Shown: positions 56,200-64,000 of the stretch, in pieces
Layout of the letters: every line of letters begins with the position of its first letter
Position numbering within the stretch: the first letter of the stretch is position 1
NCBI GenBank assembly: GCA_044892525.1
Contig: CM097885.1
Coordinates: 11,658,001 to 11,722,000 of the forward strand
Source: Schmidtea polychroa
Lineage: Eukaryota
Reading direction: 5' to 3'
Length of the DNA stretch: 64,000 nucleotides
The notes under the pieces: generated by a model
The model's input: the letters and a program-made list of their open reading frames with translations, nothing else
The model's database searches: none
What the model was told of the DNA's origin: nothing
Translations under genes and position numbers: made by a program

Positions 56200-59100
56200 T
56201 ATTAATATTATTATTATTATTATTATTACTATAAATCTAATGAATTCATAAAAATAATTCAGTTACTCTTTATTGACATAAAGAAAAAAGATATTTAATA
56301 CTATAATTCATCTCTTTTATTTGTGTTATTGTCAGTGCAATCAGCTTTTTCGTTTCTTTTGTAAATATTCTTTATCTGAGAAATTATTCCGAAATTTGCA
56401 TTATTTATGACGGAAATTAATCGGGGTTTTATTATGAATTTTATTAATTTTAATGTTTTATACTTCTCATTAATAAACTATTTGCTATTACATTATTTTT
56501 TCCTTAATTGCATAAATGAAAAATGATCAAATGTTTTCACTGTACTATTTTTTGCAAACCATGTATTGTGTTATAAAAGGGTGCAGGAAAGCGCTTAATT
56601 AAAACTCGGGTGTAAAAATTAGTTAGAACTCAAAAGATGCAAAATCGAAAAATTGTGAGTGCAAAATTACTTAAAGGTTTTATAATCTCATTAAACGAAT
56701 ATTTTTTGCGAAGTGAATGTATGACCAGGTGACAAATAGACAGCGGAATTACGAAAATACAAATTAAGTTATTAATTAATTAATATTTTGTTGACGACAT
56801 GATTCATTTCCTTTGAAAAATAAAATGGTCGATCCTGGCTCGCGTAATAGCGGCATGTCATATGGTAACAAAATAATAAACATGTGTTTGTTGATTTAAA
56901 GATATTGTCAATAAATGGGGGAAATCATTGATATGGTCCATAGAGTGAAGATGAAGATTGCTGCAGTTGCAAGTAAAACAATAAATAGTGTTTTCAGTGC
57001 ACAAGTATCAAGTTTATACATTTAAAAAGATTCATATTGTGGTAAAGCTTCATCCGTTTGCGTTAAGGGAAATTTATAATGGGAAACTTAGACGAGTATT
57101 TGTTTAATTGATGTAACATTAGACTTCATTAAAAGAAAATTTGTTGGCAAAAATGCAATAATCAGTTAAATGTGGGTTGTTTGATTATTTGAAATTATTT
57201 ATAAACCCAACAATATACCCGAAATGCCTGAAATTTCTCATCAAACTGATATTATACACAAAATATTTTATGAAAATATCACGCGGTAATCAACCGTCCA
57301 TATCCAATATTTTAATACATAAATTCAAACCACATGTCTTTAATTTGACAATAAAAATGCCGAATGAATTAAAATATAAAATTTACTTACAGGGGACTGT
57401 AATTTTCTTAAGTATTTTAATAGCATTTTAGAGATTAGATTCTATGTTAAGTTCGTAAGTGGGTTGTACAACTAATACACTCACTCGAGCGGACTCCAGG
57501 GGTTTATGTCCAATAAATCAAAACTACAACTCAACTTTGACAAAAACTATTTATTTATATAGAATATAAATACATAATATAGATTATACAATTAAAATGA
57601 CAATAAAACGTGTTGCAACAAAAAGCTGTCGCAAATAAGCAGAAGATATATATCGGTTACACAAACCTTCCTAATGTATTTCTAAGACGGCGAATACAGA
57701 ATCCTAATTGATCAACACCACCACTCAACAATGACATGCAAAAGACGATGGATGCCCGAAGTTTACTACAATCGATTACTACTCAGAAATTATTAGTAAC
57801 GTTGGTCTAGATGTCTATCCTCTGTTATGTGTCTTTTTTGATATCTTTTATGATTCAATGTCAAGCTTTTAATAAATAAAATAAAAATATATATATTTCA
57901 ACAATTTCAAATTTCTTTATTTAACAAAATCTTTTTTTATACAAAAAAACAATGTCTCATGATATTTAAAATTTTATGATTGGATAATTTTAATTTCAAT
58001 TTATTAATCTGCATTATTATAATTTTCAATCGGTGAAATGCCTCAGATTTTAATTGTTGTAAAGATATTATGGGAAAAACTAATTTCTCTTATAAATTTC
58101 TCTCTTATAAAAATTTAATTTTCTTCATCATGCTGTTTGTTATAAAAGTTAATTAAATTGAGCACATTCTGTCGATTTTACTGGAATAAAATTTACAAAG
58201 TAAATGATTATAGAAATCATAAGTAGTATTATTTATTTCTTATATTTTACACTATGAACTAGAAGCTTTGTATTTAATAAGTCTTTAATTAATCTTAGAT
58301 ATTAAGTGTATTTATTATAGCGGCCATCGATATGAGAAATATGGGACTTATATCCTTTTACTTTTGTTTATGGATGTAAATTGGTTTTGGAACCCTAACA
58401 AATAAGAGCAATTTTATATGTAAGAAGGAAACTATTCTCTGCAAATGTATTATTTTTCTTATGACAATAATTTCACTTTTTATACAACTTTCTCTTGCAG
58501 ATGAAATTTAGATTTGCAATAGTTAATAGTGAAGAAAGCATACATTTCGGGATCAGCTTTTGTTCTCCTGAAATGATCTTTAGAAAGCATCGGTAAAGAG
58601 TAAACGATCTTATGGCATGTTCTTGAGGTCCTCACATAAGGTGATAGTAAAGAAGATTATATTCTCTTGTATGGATTTGATAAGAACGAAAGTAATATTT
58701 TTGTTTATGTGGTATCAAAGTAAGTCTTACCCTTAGTGGAAACGTCAGCCTTGTCAATTATACCTCTCATTCTTTCTTTCACTAATAGCGAATAAAATAT
58801 CGGAAGAAACTAAAAGATAATATTTTAGAAAATTATTTGCATGTCAAAAATTAATTTACGTTTAAACAAAGCAAACATACGTTTTTGATGTATTTTATAT
58901 GTCATTGATGTACCAAAGTCCAGAATTTATGAGAATGTAAAAGACTGATACGATTCCATTGATAATTTTGTGGATGATAATGGGAAGTGATGTTATAACC
59001 TATAAATAAAACTAACAAAAGACAATAACATAGTTATTATCTTCCAGTTGTATTGTGGGGGGGGGGGGGGGGGGGGTCATAAGTAATCAAATGTTAAAGA

Positions 59101-59783
59101 AAGTACTAATCTCAATGATTTTTCTTTGTGTGAAAATTTACTTTATTTTATTTATAACCAATTATATTTGTATTATTATACTAATTAAAATATACAACTA
59201 TTAATTGGCAGTAAAAACTTTATTATCATTCAATTCACAATGAACTGAAAACCACCGACAAAATAAAAGGTAAAGAGTTAAGTGAAGGGTTAAGAGAAGG
59301 GTTAAGAGAAGGGTTAAAAGAAAGGTTAAGAGAAGTTTTACATTATATTTTAAAGCTTTACAATTCCTAAACTGGTCAATAAATGTAATATATGTCATTT
59401 TAATTATAGTAAATAATAATTTAAAATCTCATGAAAAAACTATTTTTCATTAAACTCATTAGGTCTAATTAGTCAATTCTATGATTATAAAATTCCTCTT
59501 TGAATGTTGATAGAAACCTTTACATGTGCAATTATTGAACATCGTGTAGAGTTAAAAAAAATTCCTCCTTTTACAACTCTGATGGTTTTGATATTTCTTC
59601 CATTTATTTCCGGTAGAATGTTTTTTTTGCAATTTTTGACTTTATTAATTTTTGAATTACGTTTGAAAATAATTAAATATTTCTTTCTTTTGTCTATGTT
59701 CCATATCTAATTGGTTTATTAAATTTTTTAATAATTCGTAATTATTCAAATATTAAAAATATTTTAATATTATCGATTTAAAC

Positions 59784-60002
59784 CAGGGATTCTTAACCTT
59801 TTCAAACTTATGGACCCCTGAAATGTTAAAAAATTAATAAATTGATAGTAAAACACATACATTTTTTAATAATTATTTATAAATCTGTTTATTCAGCTTC
59901 AAACAAAAATAATAAAAGATTTTTGTAAATAGTTCCGCGGACCACTTGGAACCCGTTCGCGGACCCCCTGGGAGTCCATGGATCCCAGGTTAAGAACCAC
60001 TG
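59784..60002. mobile_element. hAT-type MITE
   Basis: TIR CAGGGATTCTTAACCT / AGGTTAAGAACCACTG; 8-bp TSD ATTTAAAC. Confidence 0.88.
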
Positions 60003-60063
60003 ATTTAAACTAATGTGTGTGTGTGAATTTTTATGCTAATATTCCTGTGTCATTAGGTAAATA

Positions 60064-60270
60064 TTATTGTGTTATATATAAAAGAACTTGAGTGCAGAGA
60101 TGAGGAGCAGTCTCTCCAATGTATGTGGCATTACACCCATTACATGAAAATTGATAGACGAGTTCTGAACACAGACCAACTGGGGTTGGAGACTTATAAG
60201 TGAACATGCTACCAACCTTACAAGACGTTGAAACCATCCTAAATATAATTTTAATTACATGTTTAAGCAT
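60064..60270 (-). mobile_element. Penelope-like GIY-YIG fragment
   Basis: LVYQFSCNGCNATYIGETAPHL; nucleotide similarity to 43060-43260. Confidence 0.75.
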
Positions 60271-60688
60271 ATAAAATTTTAAAATATAATATAATGATTT
60301 TATCCAATGAAATCTAGTATAAATAATAGAAAATCATTTAAATATATGTAATTTAAAATATTGTTGACATTCTTTAATTTAACGCAATGCAATAATAACT
60401 TCTTTAAATATATAATTCAATTCTAAATACTTTTAAATTTCTATTCGTGTTTTAATATTTCTTTCTACTTTTGTAATATTTTTTATATTCTGATAATGCT
60501 AAATAATATTAAATTTCATCAAAACAAAAATATTTCTAATTTATGCAAATTTGAAAATTGTTTTTAGGAAAATTTAATTTTAATATTTTATTTGCAGTAA
60601 AATTAATTGAATTTCAGTTAAAATATATGAACGATTTGAAATAAAATTCGTATTTTTCTTTATTATCGAAAATATTATTATTAAGAAA

Positions 60689-60731
<43 letters not shown>

Positions 60732-60747
60732 TAATAATTATTATTAT

Positions 60748-60842
<95 letters not shown>

Positions 60843-61215
60843 TAAATATATTAATGACAATTACAAATTGAAATAAAATGCAATATTTTATTAATTTCCA
60901 ACGGTGATGTGAAATTTTAAAATGCAAAATCCTATGGGAAAATTCATCTGACGCCATTGATATTAATTTAATGTGTAATTACATTTGTTTATCTTATTTA
61001 GCAATAAAATGTCAATCAACAAATTGTTAATTTTAATAATAGACACACAGAAAAATTTAATTAGTTAAAACAGATAAAACTCATATTAAATTTTAAAAAT
61101 AGTTTTAAATATTATATATATATACATAATTATTTCTTTATTTTTATTAATATTATTCTTAAAATAAAATATAATAATTATTCATCAAGAAATATAAAAA
61201 TAAATCATCGCTCAC

Positions 61216-61273
61216 CTTCTGTTAATGCATTTTTAATTGAGAGAATCGTTATAAAATTCATCATGAAATGCAT
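61216..61273 (-). CDS. Candidate first coding exon (signal peptide) of the DDR-like gene
   Basis: MHFMMNFITILSIKNALTE+G, then a strong donor G|gtgagc; phase 1 joins the 40937 exon in frame (G+AT = Asp). Inferred only. Confidence 0.45.
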
Positions 61274-61589
61274 TGTTCAAACTGAAATTTTCGCAGTTAA
61301 TCTGAGGGTTTTTATTAAAATTATAGGTATTTCTCTATTTAATAATAGGTTCAGCAATTATCCAATAGTAATGATGAATTGTTTTTAGGTTTATTTTATC
61401 TCTCTCGGTGGAAATTTAGTAAAACTTTGGCCAAATTTCTCCCGTAAATTGATGAAACACTGATACATTGCAATTAGATTTTTATCGCAAATTTAGTGTG
61501 GTGATAATCTCGGTTTATGGCTATTTTAATGTTTACTAGCAAGTAATGGGTTCGCATATTCTTTCGTATGCCTTTCTGTGCAACTAATG

Positions 61590-61665
<76 letters not shown>

Positions 61666-61880
61666 GTTATTATTATTATTATTAATTTTATTATTATTAT
61701 TAATATTATTAATATTATTGTTAAAAAATTAATTATTAGATCATCTTTTTCAATTTCAATCCTTTTCAAATTGATAAGGATTATCCTTTAATCGAAATAT
61801 TTATCATTTAGAACATCTTTTCATTTAATTTAAGCTTCCACTAAGAAACCATCATTTTATACTATTAATATTAATATTAA

Positions 61881-61924
<44 letters not shown>

Positions 61925-61928
61925 TTTA

Positions 61929-61989
<61 letters not shown>

Positions 61990-64000
61990 CTATTTATTTT
62001 TCTAGTTAATCTTTTAGCGTTATCATAACTCCTTTTCGAGGACACAGAATGACTAGGAGAAATGAAAAAATGCGTATTACCTTAATAATCTAGAGATCTC
62101 ATTGGTCACATTTATGTGTGGTATAAAATTCATTAAACTCTCCAGTAACATACGAACGGAAGCAAAAGATTTTAGCCAAGGAAAGAAATGGGTTTTGAGT
62201 TTATATCATTTTGATGCCTAAATATTTTACGGTGGATTTAGTAAGTTCCATTTGTGCTTTCTTAAATTTAGTTAGACTTAAGTAACTAAGGTTCTGAAAT
62301 GGGTTACTTCAATAATTTTAAATTTATTGAAATATTTAAATACCTTATCAATAACAAAAATATTGACTTGCCCCACTTTTAAAATAAACGGCTTAAACGT
62401 TAGTTACTTGAAATATTTCTTCATTTTTTTCTATAATTTTTAATTTCTCATTGAATTCTATTTCTAAGTAGAAATCAACATAGAAAATTAAAAATTTAAT
62501 TATAAGATGGAAAATTATTCTTGGCAAAACATCTAAAGAAGCCTTGAATTTGACAACTGCCTTTTATTCAATTGATTTCATAATATAATGTGAAAACACA
62601 TAAAAAACATCTTTGTGAATTTATTTAAAAATCAGTGCTAAAGGTTTTCATGATAAAATCAAATAATATTTGAAATATTTTATTAATTAATTTTAAATTT
62701 TAGGTATATTAATTAGATTCATTTTATTTAATCATATTCATTTAATTATATGAATTATATCTAAATTTTTAACTTTTGTTTTTATTGATTTATAGATTTA
62801 TTAACTACAGAGAAAAGAAATTAAAAATATACGGAAAGTGAAAATCCGAGCAAATCGGCATTTTGCCTCAGCTAGGGTAAGAAGAAACCGAGTTAAGAAT
62901 AGGTAAAACGAATTAAGGAAATTAGGGAAAAAGAAGAGATAGAATAAGAATAAAAAGTGAGAAAAGGATCAAATCAAACAGAAAAAAAAGAAAACGTTGG
63001 TCAAGAGCACCTAAGAGAATAAAAGGTGAATATTATCTTTATCAAAGCATCAACACCGAGCGGAGAATCGGTCAAACGTAACTTTGATTATTAATTGTAA
63101 AGTGGTGAGAAAAGAGTGTAAATTTTGTTATTTCAATATACGTTGGGTCGTTATTGTTTTGATTTAAAGGACACGAGGAGTCAGAGGTAACCGACTTAAA
63201 TTAACCAAAAACCCAACATATAATCTAAATAAAAATCAATAAATTTATAGTATAGGAACACACAAACTTACCTGTGTGTAGAAATTTATTGTTCCGAAAT
63301 TTAAAAACTTTTTTATAGAAATTGAGAAGATGACAGAAAAATAATTGACCATACCAACACAAAACACAATGAAAAATGCATGCAAATTTATTATAGCGTT
63401 TTTTGTTCCGAAATTAATAACCATTAACATATTGTTAACATATTATTAAAATATAATTATTTTAAAATTATTAAAAAATTATGCAGGAAAATATTTTTAA
63501 TTTAGAATCGGACAGCTCTACCTTGAGCTTCACAGAAAAAGAAGAAAATATGTAAAGTTTAATTATAAAATAATTTAGAATATAAACTTTTTTTAGATTT
63601 ACAGATATTTCTCAGGATACACTGCCTTTTCGCGAAGGTAAAAATCTGACAATGTTATTTTTAGAAATTGAATAAATGAAGTTATAAACTTCATTTTTAT
63701 GTAAATTGTGAGTCACCTCAACTGGTGTGCACACCAGTGTGAATTATAGAGGTTACTAAATTTCGGAATTGGGTGTACCCAGTTGTTAATTATTAAATGA
63801 AATTGTTTGGTATGTGTTGGAGAATTTATATCTGAGTAGGTGGAGGAATCTAGACCACTCTTACATGTACGATGTCGATAAGACCGTCCAATGACTTAGT
63901 ACAAATTCATACATACAAATTCAGCAGACTATTTTCAAAAATTAATATTGATAAAAATTTTTATTCTGAAATTTTTTCCAATCTTTAATAAACTCATCGG

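Noticed and set aside
57445..57800. Possible solo LTR
   Set aside because: No clean TG...CA pair with a TSD and no second copy in the window.
59277..59335. GGGTTAAGAGAA repeats resembling telomeric sequence
   Set aside because: Only about 5 degenerate 12-mers and not a TTAGGG array; treated as a minisatellite.
63245..63430. Hydrophobic 61-aa ORF as the DDR signal-peptide exon
   Set aside because: Its donor is phase 0, which does not fit the phase-1 exon at 40937; at most a 5' UTR exon.

Overview
Very AT-rich animal genomic DNA with many (ATT/AAT)n microsatellites. The style (about 45-55 bp minimal introns plus huge TE-filled introns) resembles a triclad flatworm, but that is only inference. 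The window is mostly intronic sequence of one minus-strand discoidin-domain-receptor (DDR)-like gene, whose extracellular exons lie at about 61.2, 40.9, 29.8, 29.6, 15.5 and 1.1 kb. The main feature is an 8.8 kb Polinton/Maverick endogenous virus at 20129-28972, with AGTAGT...ACTACT termini, ~1.2 kb TIRs and a 6-bp GAGAAA target-site duplication. It keeps a packaging ATPase, integrase, basic core protein and RING protein. An internal deletion joins a minor-capsid N-terminus to a pPolB C-terminus. Unusually, it carries a TATA-binding-protein (TBP) homolog next to three small genes with predicted host-like mini-introns, one of which may be an ssDNA-binding protein. Its TIRs contain a cluster of ROR/Rev-erb-type nuclear-receptor motifs. 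The rest of the window holds Penelope-like, Helitron, MULE, hAT, Merlin and Tc1/pogo relics, plus several short fold-back repeats with minimal hammerhead-ribozyme-like cores, including U3-A8 variants. All calls come from reading the sequence; no database search was run.
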